A stretch of DNA of 64,000 nt from Phoronis australis (lineage: Eukaryota > Animalia > Phoronida). Position 1 is the first letter of the stretch, and every line of letters starts with the position of its first letter. The stretch lies in contig NMRA01000039.1 in NCBI GenBank assembly GCA_002633005.1, positions 303,225-367,224 on the forward strand, written 5' to 3'. The position numbers were made by a program, and so were the translations under genes. The notes under the pieces were generated by a model that had not been told where the DNA came from, searched no databases, and saw only the letters and a program-made list of their open reading frames with translations. Shown one piece after another: positions 27,001 through 42,000 of this stretch.

Positions 27001-30000
27001 TGATTCATCGGCAAAGCTTCACTGCTTCTGCTACCTAAGGATAGACTTCTACTATCGCATTCGACACAAATTGTTGCCTGGGTGACTGTGTGTTGATACT
27101 GACTGAACATATTGTCACACTTGGTACATTTGCCACACTAGGTACATATTGTCAAACTTGGCACATATTGTAGCTCGGGTGTTGAGTGTGACAATACATG
27201 TTGCAACAACTCTTTGCCACAAGTGCATTGCGAGAGTCGTGCGACTACCAAACAAACACCAATGTTGTCATGCAGTACATTTTTTTACGGATAATGCAAA
27301 TTGATGCCCGTGCATCCCTGAGCATAGATTTGTGGGATACGAGTCTATCAGTTCAGAAGCCAGAAAGTGCAGGGTCCTCAGTGCTGTGATTTTGGGGACG
27401 AATATCAATCCCATTCCCCATGAAAATATTCAAACTTTAGGTGAAATTGCCTGTTTCAGGTCCTGAAATCCACGCCCAATGATAATAGAACCCCCCTCAA
27501 GGTTAGAATCACTCCTGCAAAATGTTAGCTTTTGTTATGTGAGACATTGCTGATGATGGGTGACGAACGGGGAGGGGGGAAGAACTGGTGGTAACAGGAA
27601 TCCCCCTCTCTATAATTAAGCACCTTTCCTCATCAGGTGCGTAAGGGCCCTGAAGTGTCACGCAGCTATCGTATGACAATTGATTTTGGATAGATGCTAG
27701 CTATTTATATGAACTAAACTTCTGGCTGTTTGAAATACAACAAAAATGAAGTGTTTTCTATAGATCATTTATCCATGTCAGACTCTTCTTCTGATACTGC
27801 TAACCCACAGTACTTTGTGTATGTGGCACATCACAGTTTCCGTTAATTGTTTAACTGGAGAATTGACTACATGAGATCACCAGTGTTCATCACGCTTGAA
27901 ACCTGGTTATGGCAAGGGAGGTGTTGATAGGCCAACTCTTGCAATAATTCTGCTGTACTCACCTGATCACCATCTTTACCATCTTTGCCATCTCTTCCTG
28001 GGTCACCAGGGTCACCCTAAAATATTAGGGCAAGTTATAGAATAGAATGTTGTGAATGTCATGAATGTCAATTTGTCAAACAAAACAAGACAAGTTGCAT
28101 GCGTTTCACAATGCACGGTGACTTGGGTCCTCTGTCAGTTCAATTTTTAGTTTAAAACTTTAGGTAATTACTGTTTCGAATTCAAACTTACATATGATTG
28201 CTAAAATATTGAAGACCCGGCTCGCCTTTTTGTTGTCAAAAATTCAAAACATTAACAAGGCCATATATCCGAGAATGTCTTTAATAGGGGAATGATTTTG
28301 AAATTGATAGAAAACAATTTTGTTTACAGTCTCTGGAAATTTTGCATAAAATACAAGTCACTTAGTTACTGAGAGACTAAACAACATGATGGAAACCATA
28401 GCAAGCAGCCAATCATTAACAAAGAACCACGGTGACATTTAAATTTTACTCCAATTGATAATTACAGTCCTGTAAGTATTTGCATATTTAATATTATGTT
28501 GTTTTTTTCAAAAATGAAGGTCAATGCAATTCAGAGTTGGCAGCCATTTTGTTGGTGCATTGCCAAAAACTACAAAAAATATTTATGTTTAAAAATCAGC
28601 ATATTAAAAATGATGTTATGCGGAAATAGTATTGTTTGGAATGTAGTTTACAACACTAAGGTGTTGCCTTATATTAACTCAGCACATTACAGCGTTCTAT
28701 CATTCACTATCTTTTCCAGACGTGAGGGGTGCTGAACATGCGATAACATCTGGCTCTTTTGTTAACTGCCCAGCTCAGTCTTTTGTCCCGTATGATAACA
28801 AGCAGACCAAATATCTCCCAGGCTTCAAAGGTAATGTATGGTGGTTGCATGCTATTACCGAACACGTATTCAGAACACAGTCAAACCCAGTGCGTCCGTT
28901 TGGACAGAATAGATTGTCTTAACTTCTGTTGTAGTTGGGCGATTTTGGTGATTCAAAAACGGAACATGATCAGTATTTGACGAGGAATTCAGAAATGCTA
29001 TTGGTTTAAGCTCAAATACGTTATAACTTAACTCTCATTTTTATCAGCCCAGCCCAGTCAGTCTAGATACAATCTGATCGGTGATTAGAGCAATTATCGA
29101 ACAAAAGAGCGCAGGCCCTCCAACCATAAATGCCAGACTGGAGTTAATTAGTCATGTAAGATATTGGCTATGGGGGTAAACTTCCCAACTTGTTGTTGGG
29201 GGATAGAATAAGTTGGGAGCAACGGGATGTGGCCGTCAAGATGATGCATTTTCAAAAAACATTAAACCTACCTTTTCCCCAGGAAGGCCATCACTCCCAC
29301 TCTCGCCAGGAACACCTTGACCACCCTGTAAGGCAAGAAGTATGGTAGCAATTAGCATAAAAAGGTCCTTTATAGATTCCTTAAAATTATAGTTTATTTG
29401 TTAACCTATAGGTGCACTCAGGCATACGATACAGACTTCTTCTAGTCAGAACACCATGCCAGGAGCAAAACCAATCATCCACTGAACTACCACCAGGTGG
29501 GGGTGACCTTCTTTTAGCCCTTTATGAACAATCCAGTGTAGAAAAGTGTACTTAAAGCAGTGAAGAGTTTGCTGGCTTCTTGTTCTTCAGAATGCCCCTA
29601 AAATCTTGAAGTGCCTAATTCTCAAGGAAAATCAAAAACACACGAGTATTTACTAGAAACTACTTTTCCGAGTTACGCCACTTCTGCTACAGTACAAGAC
29701 AATAGTAATCAGACAAATGCCATTTTCCCCGTCATGACGTATAAATCTGTTAACAGCAAAAATGACTGGTAAGAACAACCATGGTGTATTCTTATGGCTG
29801 CTTCCTTGTTAATACTACAGTATAAGACAAAAGTTATCAGACATAACACTGTTTTCCCTTCCTGACAGCAAATTCTGTTCACAGCAAAAATTACTATTAC
29901 GGTGCCACAAATCTATTTACAAAACGGCTTACCCACTTTACTAACTTCCCTGTTAATTCCCCTTCATTCTCGGTCATCAGGGGAGACTACTCTGACGGTC

Positions 30001-33000
30001 ATCAGGGGAGACTACTCTGACAATGAATTTGGCTTCTGCCCAGCCATCATGACAGGAATTATGGGTCATTTTGTCTGAATACACGTACTTTTGGCATCTG
30101 CTGTAGCTACACATTCATTAAATATCGATTCCACACATTTATACATAGCAAGTCACACTATATGTCCATGTGTCATATTGTATGTGTCATGGTGATGCGT
30201 TGTATTGTGCCTTTTTGTATCCACCAAGGTATCAGTCATATTGTATATGCCCACATGATGTGTTGCGTGTGCTTGCATGTCATATTGTCATGCTATTTTA
30301 TGTGCCTTTTTGTATGAGTTCATGCACTGAGTCGGGCTGTATGCATTCACATTTCGTACCATATGTGCTCATGTGTCATGTCCGAAGTGCCCGTGTGTCC
30401 CGCTGTGAGTATTTATGCGTCATGTTGTGGGTGCCCACGTGTCACATTGTATGTGCCCACGTGTCACGTTGTATGTGCCCACGTCTCACATTGTGCGTGT
30501 AACCACGTGTCACATTGTTTTTTGCTCACGTATCACATTATGTGTGCCCACGTGTCATGTTATATGCGTCCATGTGCAAAATGTTACGGGTACTATGTGA
30601 ACTGAATAATTATTGAGTACAGCCCAGTCAATACACAGCATGATTTCACACCTGAGAAGGAACTAACTAAACGTTGCATGCACTAACAATCCTATGTCGC
30701 ATTCATGGCACAGTTTCCAAGTTGGCCTAAGATACAAGTCCCCGTGCACAACCCATTTTCACTGAGATGTTACGATGCACTCGAATGTTCTGATGAGGTT
30801 GCTGCAATAGGGCTCCTACGTCTGTACTTACTGGTGGTCCTGGAAGTCCTGCTGGACCTGTGGTGCCATCTACTCCTGGGTTGCCAGGGGCACCCAATGG
30901 GCCTGCTTCGCCTGGTTCACCTCTCAAACCCTGAGGTCCAGCGGGACCAGCGCCACCTGCCTCACCTGGCAAACCTTGTTCTCCCTAAAATTGAGTATGG
31001 GTATTTTATTAATAAATAACACTTTTGGAACAGCGTTAGAATTATTTTGTTCAATGTACAAGAAATCAAATGAATGAGCAATCTGGTTTGAGCTGGAGAT
31101 GCTTTCACCCTGTCAGGCCTCTCAGTTCAAAACAAAACACGCTCTTTTAGTTTGATGGATACAATTTGAATTCAAACAATATACAAGAACAATGCAGAGG
31201 GTTGATCCTGGCCCACAAACTGCCAAATGTAAGGGGTGCTCAAGTTTGAACTCAAATCTTAAGTTCATGCTTAGTAGGGGTCATGAGGGAGGAATTTGGA
31301 CTACAAACTCGCTTGCATTATCCATGACATACTCGAGCACAAAGTAATACATTAATTATTATGAGTTTGTATTACAGGAGAAAGCAAAATGTCCAAAATA
31401 TTTTTTACTTTGATTTCAGGTCAAAATATACACCCTGAACTCTCAGAATTGCCTTCATACTTTTCCCAGTGTATTAGGCAGCAGTTGTGTTTTACCATAG
31501 ACTGTCAACTCTCTATATTCCCAATGGGCAAAATTTGCAATCACATGACCAACACCATTAGCTGATAAGTTACTATTCACTAGCGTCACCTGGTGTAAGA
31601 CATGGTTTTACTTCCGGTAAGTAAGTTGTATGACCACCATCAGGAGAGAGTGTCAACTGTCTATAATCTAAAACTTGCAGCATGCCATGTTTATTATCAA
31701 GTCAGAACAGTGCCACCGTCTGACAGAATGGAAAATTACTCAACATATCTGTTGCAAAATGATTGTCAATCAATTTAAGGCCAGCACTGTACATGGATTA
31801 TTTTTGCAATTTTTGGTAATTAAAAAAAGAAATCAGAATTATGTTATCTATAGGCACGAAAATATGTAAATCATGTTTGAAATCTTTAATTTCATGAAAT
31901 AAGGAGTTTGTTTTGCGTTATCGCAGATAATCGGGGTCTCCAAGAACATAAATCGTGTGAACCATCTTTGTGTCAAGCTTAAAGACCCGTCAAAAGGTTT
32001 CCCAGTGATAAAACCAGACAGCGAAGAAGCAAAAAAAATATTAGACAGAAGATGTATGAACGACATACAGAACACATGCACCATAAACTTACAGCAGTTC
32101 TCAAACTAAATTGGACAATGTCGAACTATAATTAAATGTACAAAAATGCGACTAAACATACATTTTTTCAACTAGAATTTGTTTCAGTAGTTCCACAAAT
32201 TCTCAACAGGTGTTGCTCTTTGCATATTGTCGAAACTGCGAAGTCAACTACCAGAAAGGTGTTATCGAGACACAGTAACCTCCGACAAAAGTTCAACAAT
32301 AGTGCCAAATATTAATTCTGCTGTGAAGTCTGTCCAGTTTAGTTAAAAAACTACTGTACAATATATTCTGACAATAATCAGAACAAAAATCTTGATGGCA
32401 TAATGATATGCTATATGCAGACGGCACTGTGTATGGTTACCCTGTCACCACGTGCTCCTCTGGGACCACTCTTCCCATTTAATCCAGGAGGGCCGGGCTG
32501 ACCATCAGCTCCCGGTGGACCTTGATCACCAGCAGCCCCAGGGGGACCCTGTGGTCCGGTCTGGCCAGCATCACCTTTAGTCCCTGGGTTACCCTGAAAA
32601 GTCAATACTAGTGGTTGTAGGTGCAACGTGCAAATCGAAGCAAATTCGTGCCTTTTTAATTTTTATGATGAAAAATATAATGTACAATAATTAGAGTAAA
32701 GTCCAGAAAGTGCTAGAAAGCATTATGTCTGACCACCAAACATGACGGCGTTTTCCCGTTCAGTGACTTTACCAGCCGTAGAGGGTTGTGAGCGTGTGAT
32801 AAGATCTAGCTTCCGTTGTTAGCTGCCAAGCACCGTCTTTTGTCTGGTATGACAACAGGCAGGCCAATTATCCACCAGGTTTATTACAGATCACGTGTGA
32901 ACGTAGTCAAACTCAAAGCAAATTTGTGCGTTCAGAAAGAATAGATTGTCGTAACTTCGGTTTAGTTGGGTGATTTTGGCAATTCAAAAACTAAACACGA

Positions 33001-36000
33001 TCACCATTTGACAAGGATTTCAAAAGTGATATTATACAGCACATACATGGAGTGCAAACACGGTATTTTATCAACCAAGAATTAAGCTATGATATAGGCG
33101 TTCAGTATTTAGAGACGAGACAAAAACTGACAAATCTATGGCAACCAGAAGCGTAGCAATAACAACAGTTGACAACCCTGGAAAGTTACCGTTAAGACAT
33201 TGAAAATCTGCGACCTCAAGTTTAAAACCTATATGATTATGTGCCAGTAGTAGATTTGATTTTGTTACAAAGGTGTACATAGTGTCAACAGTACTGGAAC
33301 AAAAAGTGTTCCACTAAAATTGCGTCTTACCTGTTCTCCAGGCGAGCCTTGTGGTCCTGGCTCCCCCTTCTCTCCCCTAGCTCCAGGGGATCCTGTGTTA
33401 CCCTTCGGACCCTCTTCTCCAGGTAGACCAGCTTCGCCCTGGAATATGTATTGTAAGCACCATCTTTTTTACCCTTACCAAATTGTATTACCTAGATACT
33501 TTGTTGTTATTTGATTTCTGAACAGTGAATATTACCTGTAGTATTTACCTATGCCCAGGAAATAAAATTTAAACCATGAAAAGTTTAAAAAATCCAATCC
33601 AATACTTTGTGATGCCAAATTATCTTACTCTTGGCAGACTATCCCACTTTTTGAATTTTTTCCCACCATCCCACCACACCATNGCAAACACGGTATTTTA
33701 TCAATCAAGAACTAAGCTATGATATAGGTGTTCACTATTTAGAGACGAGACAAAAACTGACAAATCTATGGCAACCACAAGCGTAGCAATAACAACAGTT
33801 GACAACCCTGGAAAGTTACCGTTAAGACATTGAAAATCTGCGACCTCAAGTTTAATAACCTATATGATTATGTGCCAGTAGTAGGTTTGATTATGTGCCA
33901 GTAGTAGGTTTGATTTTGTTACAAAGGTGTACGTAGTGTCAACAGTACTGGAACAAAAAGTGTTCCACTAAAATTGAGTCTTACCTGTTCTCCAGGCGAG
34001 CCTTGTGGTCCTGGCTCCCCCTTCTCTCCCCTAGCTCCAGGGGATCCTGTGTTACCCTTCGGACCCTCTTCTCCAGGTAGACCAGCTTCGCCCTGGAATA
34101 TGTATTGTAAGCACCATCTTTTTTACCCTTACCAAATTGTATTACCTAGATACTTTGTTGTTATTTGATTTCTGAACAGTGAATATTACCTGTAGTATTT
34201 ACCTATGCCCAGGAAATAAAATTTAAACCATGAAAAGTTTAAAAAATCCAATCCAATACTTTGTGATGCCAAATTATCTTACTCTTGGCAGACTATCCCA
34301 CTTTTTGAATTTTTTCCCACCATCCCACCACACCATCAAAATTTGCCACTTTTTGAAACACAGTGACACTTATATGTTATCATTTACTGCATCCCACACA
34401 ACATAGCACTAATTTCCTGTTCAACTGAAAGGAAAAACGGGTTGTTTATGGGTTTTTGAGGCACCGACAATTGCCATCTTGACTTAAAAAAAAACACAAA
34501 AAAATGCCGTCGGCCAGAATATAATTATGCTCCAAGGCTTACCATTAGAAATTCCAAGTATCAATAACACAGATTTCCTTTCAATCACAAACAAATCACA
34601 TCACACAGATTAATATCCAAATGTTAACTTACCGGAAGTCCCCTATCACCGCGTAGTCCAGGGTTTCCCGCAGGACCCTGCATTCCTGATTGGCCAGGTG
34701 GACCGTCTGCCCCGGCATCTCCTCGGGAACCCTGAATTCAGAAATGAGAACCGTCACAATCCTGCAGATACCAAGACATAAATCACGTAATTATCAAGAG
34801 GTCTTGATATCATGCACCGTCTTACTTAATAAAGTTGCCAAGATTGAAAATATTGGATGAAATCGCTAAGAACCTTTTGCAATTACCCTTGCTAAGTTTG
34901 AACATCCAGAAACTTATTCATTAAACTTTCCTTATTTCAAGCAACTACAGCAACTAAAGTGGTCTGTCATACAGGATGCTCAACTTCAAGCTCAATGTGC
35001 AATTCATTGAGAAGACCAATATAGGCAAAAGCAACCATTTGTGAAGCACACATAATACAAAAGCGTATCCATGGTTAAGTTGTGGAGACATTTTTCCCGT
35101 GTTAATAAATATTCCCTCGACAAGTAAGTAATATATGTGGAAAAACAAAAAGTGCCGTAAATGGACCAAAAAGCGCCCGCATTTTAATTCTGCATTCACT
35201 TCCATTGTTCAAACATGAATCACCAGCACAGACTGTTCAACAGGATGTAGGATATTATGTGTCCTCAATGCAAGTGAATGTAGAACCACGATGTCTGCTC
35301 TTTATCGGGCCAATTACATCACTTTCCATTATTCCGTGGACAGTAGATATACGACAGGGGAACGAAACCTACACCAGAAAAATGTCTTTCCAAGATTACA
35401 AGATCTGTATTTTTTTTACCAAACGTAACATCAAAAATGGTTTCCTTCCCCTTAAAGAATCAATTACCGGTTCGCCAGGTTCACCCCGATGGCCATCACG
35501 TCCTGGACTCCCAGGAGAACCCTACAAAGAACAATTATACATAATAATATTAACTAATACACAAACACCTTATACTTCGGGAAGGGCAATTTTTGTTTAA
35601 AAAACTGAATGCAAATTTAGGCCTCTTTGGTAAGGTTTTTAAACTAAACTTCAACATTCTTCAGTAAATATCCACCAAACTTTGATGGACACCATTCCAG
35701 AACAATTTAACAACAAAATTTTTACCACAGTAAAATAGCACTGCTGTTGTGCTATGTTAAAATGCTTCTGCAGCTAGGTTTTTAAGGGCTCGTGTGAATA
35801 TAAATTTAGTTGTTAAAAGGAAGAAAGTGCCACTGCATTTACCATGTGCCTGTGCAATTCTATTAACACTATTACAAATATTAATTTTCAGTCACTCAGG
35901 ATTTTCAAAACGTTGGCACCAATCATGTACACTGTGGTTGCCATGACATTTACTTGATGGGGCACATTGCACAGATGCAAATAACCAAAGTAATTCTCTC

Positions 36001-39000
36001 AATATACTACAACTGCTTATCATATTAGGTGTCAAATTTTTACAAGTGATAATGTTAATTCATTCAATGGTGCTTTTTTATGTTTAAGTTCAGACAAGTA
36101 AAAAATTGTGAGTCAAAACTACATCACAATTTCTTAACTGCATTCGACCAAGTGCTGTTTTCACCAGGAAAAATATAATGTAAAATAGTTGGAGTTGCTG
36201 TAGGTATGGCGAGTTATTTTTTCTTTTCTGTTAAGCGACTTGCACGCATGTTGGAAGTTGGGTTCACCTTATTTTAAAAGTATAACTTCTACTTGCTTAT
36301 GAACACATCACAATAATAATAACAACAACAATAATAATAATAATAATAATAATGAACGATTTCTCTCTAATATGTAACCAGTGTTTTGCCACAACACAAT
36401 TGCTTTTCAAACAGAATGTGTGACATAGGTTCTTGCTCAGTGACGTGATCGTAATTACGTACCCTCGATCCTCGCATTCCGGGAAGTCCTGGTTTCCCTT
36501 GAGACCCTCTATCACCAGGTTCGCCACGAAGTCCCTGTTCTCCTGGCTGTCCCGCAGGACCCTGTTGCCCTGGGTTACCAGGTGCTCCAATGCTTCCAGG
36601 CTCTCCAGATTGACCCTGGTAAAATGTTCATTCAATAGTTACATACATCGTTTACCCGGGTGCTTACTGAATCTCTGTTCATTGCCAATTAGGTCAATTC
36701 AAGGTCATGAACTTTCAACTCAAATAAAGCACTATGCATTTGAAGTAATCAAAACAAAGGGTCCCACCCCATAACAAATCAAATTGATTGTTTCAAAGAT
36801 GGTGCTGGGTGGACCTTTAACAACGAGCATCCTGTAATATTTATTAGCCAACACGCAATCTTTCAGAGTCAAAGAGTATTTTGATATTTAACGAGAACAC
36901 CGCAAACCGCATGCCTCTAGAGATATTTATCAGTATCATAAAAATGGTTATTTAAGTCAATTAAATAATGAAGAGTGTAAAATCTGTCCAAAAACTGAAA
37001 GGTGTCATCGTCTTGATCTCCCAAATAGAAAACTATTAACCAAGTTTTATGACAACAAATCAAGGAAATCTAAAAATGCAAACATGAAAAAACAAATCAG
37101 CAATAGGAGGAAAAGTAGTAATCCGCCTCATCCATATAGTTGGAGTATCTATGATTTGAATAAACTAGACAAATTTCCAAAGGCTTATGAGATACAGCCA
37201 CAGATGCCAAGGAATGCTACTGGGACATGTCGACACCACAATAGTTAATCTGGCAAATGCAGCCGCAGACACAAAAAATCGCCACCAAGGGGAGCCAGCG
37301 TGGTCAAACCCACAAATCAATACCAGCCCCGATCTTCTCATCAGGAACACATCTCCAGTCCTCATAATGAACCTTTCGCAGGTTTGGCAGATAGTAAGGT
37401 GGATGTCAAAAACTTGACTTAAAAATTTCAAAATGGCATGAAGGTGGCTGAGAATACGTCACGTTCATCCCAAAACGGGGAGGCATCATGAGGCATCATT
37501 GTCTTTTAAACGGGGAGGCATCATGAGGCATCGTTGTCTTTTAAACGGGGAGGCATCATGAGGCATCATTGTCTTTTAAACGAGGAGGCATCATGAGGCA
37601 TCATTGTCTTTTAAACGGATATCTTTCCACCTCATTTCATGAAAATGAACTTTAAGATACAGAGGCAAATGCAAAATTGCCACTAGAGATGGGTCTGAAA
37701 CCCATCCTAATCCGTCATCTGCTTCCAAGGAATTAGCACATCTCCCAAATTGTATTAAGATACTCCAAGGGATTTGAGAGATATTGATAGCAACGGATGT
37801 TAGACGCATGAATTACAAGATGACGGAGACAGGTACCATCATATATGTGTCTGCGTGTCTGCGTGTATCAAAAACATCCGTCCATTCATGCTTGCTGGCC
37901 TAATTGCAACTTCAAATCTGGGTCACAGCACCATAATAACAAGTACACATTTTCAGCACTGAGTGCTCAAATTATCAGCGTTACTCCTAAACCTATCAAC
38001 AACTCGTTCCTAGAGTAGCTGCATCCAGGGTAACTTGTACGGATGGCATTTTAGCGACCTACTCACCTGGGGTCCTATTGGGCCGGGTTCACCAGGTAAT
38101 CCAGGTTCACCATCTTCACCCTGCAAACATAAGCAAGCTTAGCATGCAACAACCTTCTGTGGTGAAAAACAATTAGAATTCACAACTAATTCCAAGAATG
38201 ACCAATAGGAAGTCATCGCATGTCCAATGTCAAAAGTTTGTGTTAATAAATAAACAATTAGATGAAACAATTTTATAATACCTTATGCTACTTGTCTATT
38301 CTGACACAAATTGAATATCAAAAATACTATCCTGCATACTACCGACATTTGCTATAAATGAATGCACTTATACATTTCTAAAAAATGAACCTATAGTCTT
38401 ACCGGTTTTCCATTTGCTCCGTTAAGACCACGATCTCCCCGTTGGCCCATCGCACCGGGCGGTCCTTGAGGCCCCTGGGAACCGATGGCACCATCTGCTC
38501 CAGGCTCACCCTGTTAACGCGTATAATAGTTGATAAGTTTAAGAAAGTCAGTCCTTGTTAAAGACAGATCAGTTTGCATTCAAACACCAGAGCACATATG
38601 ACACCAGCTCAGTAGTCTCTAGGTGTGGTATGCACGCCATGACTCCCCAACATTTACAGATCAGTCTTGCTCAACCTATCAAAAGTTTCACAGCCTTATA
38701 CTCAACGGACACATAACCTGCCTGGAGGAAATTTCAAGATCGTACATATCAAGGTTATGCAGGACCCTAGAATAATGGCCAAATTTGGCCAACTTTGGAA
38801 CACCGTGTTTCAAAATTCGTTGATCGGATTATTGTGAAACTTTCACATGCTGTTTTCCAACATGTTGTTACGAATAGTTTTCAAAAATGTTCCACTTTTG
38901 CATGAGGGGTAGTCGAAAAATAGGACTTTTGCATAAAATGAAAACTGTAACTGCATTTTTAAACTTCATCTTGAGAATTTCTTTCAAACGAAATTTGGCC

Positions 39001-42000
39001 GAGTTATTGATACAGTTGTTTTGCTAAATTTTACTAAGAAGACATGATCATGTGACCCAATGAATAGCAGATTGGCATAGTAAAACATTAAATGCTGCAG
39101 ACTTTCTAATGTAATGAGAACGTCCCACATAACATATTAAAAAATAATTGCAGGCGGTATGATACATGTTGTACCAGATGTGCGCAAGGCTCGCATGTGG
39201 GCCCATTGCACTGATCACCTGGAAATATTCTTATGCTTTATTAATATAGGGTTAAAACGAAGCTGAGGAGCTAGAAACCTGGCTCAATGGTTTAGCAGTG
39301 TGACCTGGTGGGACTCGAACCCTCGACCTCGAGTAAAGAAAGCGGGCACTTATCAACCAGGCCACACTGCCTCCTCTTTACATAACATAACATAAAAAGT
39401 CTTCCGAATTCCTGAGAAAAGCAGGAAGATTCGACGACTTTACCGATGAGGAAACACATCCTGGTCCCTGGTCATAATAAGATGGCACCCCACCCCCAGC
39501 CACAGTAAGATCTAACAGCTGTGGCAATGAAAAACTTGTGGGATGTCTGTAATTTTTCACTTACTTTCTCTCCCTGCTGTCCTGGTGATCCATCCAATCC
39601 ACGAGGTCCGGTGGCTCCTTGTGCTCCGGCAAAGCCAGGGGGTCCCTGGGGTCCTTGTTGACCCTGGGCACCATTCAGGCCTGGTGAGCCATCACTTCCC
39701 CTTTCACCCTACAAAAACAAGCCATGGACAATGGCAAGGTTACCTCTTAATGAAATTATTCATATGTTTCAGCTGATAGTCACTTACAGTGGTACCTTGA
39801 TCACTTTGAGCACTAGTTAGCTCCACTGAATAACGGCATCAGAATGGTTCTCAAAATCCTGGACCTCTGAAAGTAACTATTGCCATGTATTGTCTAGCGA
39901 TAAGAACTTGAGGTCCAGACAGAAGTGTGAGCGTCAGGAGAATGTGGGATCTCCTAAAATCTGAGACTCAAAGACAGCCTTCGCTAGCTACTTGAATGAA
40001 AGGTAACAAGATCATACGATAACTATGGTGATGTACAGCTTTATCTTCTCAAACTTTGGCGCTGCCACTTCACTATCTCCAAATAATCTTTCCTTACTAT
40101 TTGTAGGCAGAGCATAGTTAAGCAGCAACTTACCAACACGTTTCTAGTAAACTAGCAAGTTTGGTAACATTCGTAGAGGCTTCTATTGTTCCTCGCTGAA
40201 CTGAGATTAAATTGTAATCTCTAAAACAATTGTGTAAGATGATCTTTTGGAGTTGAACCTTTAGTTCAATTTTTCATTAACACTGTCAACGTGAGATTAT
40301 CAACAAGCAATCGTACACATTCATGTTATTACATGTATAGCACATTTGAATTACAGATCTATTTTTTGCAACAACTTGAGAAAGATTACAGCACCTATTG
40401 TACAAACGAATGTGGATCTGAAAACACAATACATACAGGCGCCCCTCTTTCACCAGGTCGCCCTTGACGGCCAGGTTCTCCAGGTGCACCGCGGGATCCA
40501 ACGTTACCTTGCGGGCCAGCGTCACCTGTGTCACCCTAGAAGCAAGATACGGAAAATAAATCTACATGCACCACCATTAATAGTCCTCTTATCATGCCGA
40601 GGCGACATTAAATGGGTCAACTAGATGACAGGTAATCATTCCTAGTCACATTTCAAGAGGTGAATTACCACAGTTATCTACTCATAATTGACTGGAAAAG
40701 CTACCAAAGGTGAGGTGCGGCTTTCTATAACTGTCTCATTCACATTAGGCTGTAAGGCCACCATAGCTGTAATGTCCCTGTGATTATCACTTAAAACAAT
40801 TATCGAATGATCCCAATCACTGACCCTATTTCTGTCTCTGTTTATTATCAATACCTTTTGGTTAGAACCCTACCATGACATCCTTACCTTGTTTCCAACA
40901 CTGCCAGGTGGTCCAGGGGGCCCTAACTGCCCCGGTTGTCCGGGGGAGCCTTCCGGCCCTGCTACACCATCGTTGCCTCGCTGGCCGGCAGGACCCGGAG
41001 ATCCAGTAGATCCTCGCTCACCAGTCGGTCCTCTGATACCCTGAAATATCCAAACGCTTATTGCAGCACGTTTTCTTGATGTGCAGGCACAAATTCTCTG
41101 CGCATGCGTGAATAATTATCCATGGTTGATGGTTAACAACCTTAATTTTACAGACAGGAATACCTCTGTCAGTAAACAGTAAAGTTTTCCTAAATGTGTG
41201 GCTAATTCAACCAGTTTTACAAAAAATAAATTGTTTCATGTTAAAACTGAGGAGGACTGATTTTGTTCTCACCGTGAAAATTGAAATGGATTCAGGTATT
41301 CAGGTACTGCTGTGATTGTGTTTCCCATGTTCAACCACGAAATCAAGAAACGTCCAATAGTATGCACTTTTCAGTGATTAATATCCGTCTCCAAATTGCA
41401 AACACAACCACGGCATAATTAAAATGATATAGCTTCCGTCCCAGAAGACCTAGTCAACGTTTAGACAACTTCAGACGGATGTCAGGAGTAACAGTAATTT
41501 TTTTTCAAAAATACTGTAGCTATTACACACCGGATTGCCCTGAGGGCCCTGTTGGCCAGGGGAGCCAGTCTCGCCACGTTCACCAGGGGCACCTGTGCTA
41601 CCTTGTACACCTGGAGCACCTGTCCAACCCTAAAATACAGTAACATATAAGACTGACACCTTCAGCACAGAACATGACTAAGAACATTCAAGCTTTTAGA
41701 CTTGTTCTTCACTAATCATAAAGCAGATTATTTCACTGGTTATTGTTCTCTTGTCAAGGAAAACCGCACGACTAATAAAAATAATTAAATTATGAAAGTA
41801 TATGATTTTACAACAACTAAACAAAATTAAAGACTTAATGTGCATAGCGACATCAATCCCAAACTGCACTTAGGCATAACGCTACTTTATCGTCATAAGA
41901 CTGCCCCACGTAGCCAGCACGCTCATTCGGGTCGATCGAAATTCCTTGATAAACTAAAAGCAGATGACATGTGATTTCACGCCAGTGCATGCTGAGCGGC

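Noticed and set aside
30170-30605. Cys/His-rich ORFs resembling metal-binding proteins
   Set aside because: They are translations of a degenerate minisatellite inside a collagen intron.
33331-33438. A genuine extra collagen exon giving an elongated 349-triplet helix
   Set aside because: It flanks an assembly N, is identical to 33985-34092, and breaks both the 843-residue lysine spacing and the conserved exon series.
37473-37618. 35-bp repeats of CRISPR-like length
   Set aside because: Head-to-tail with no spacers.
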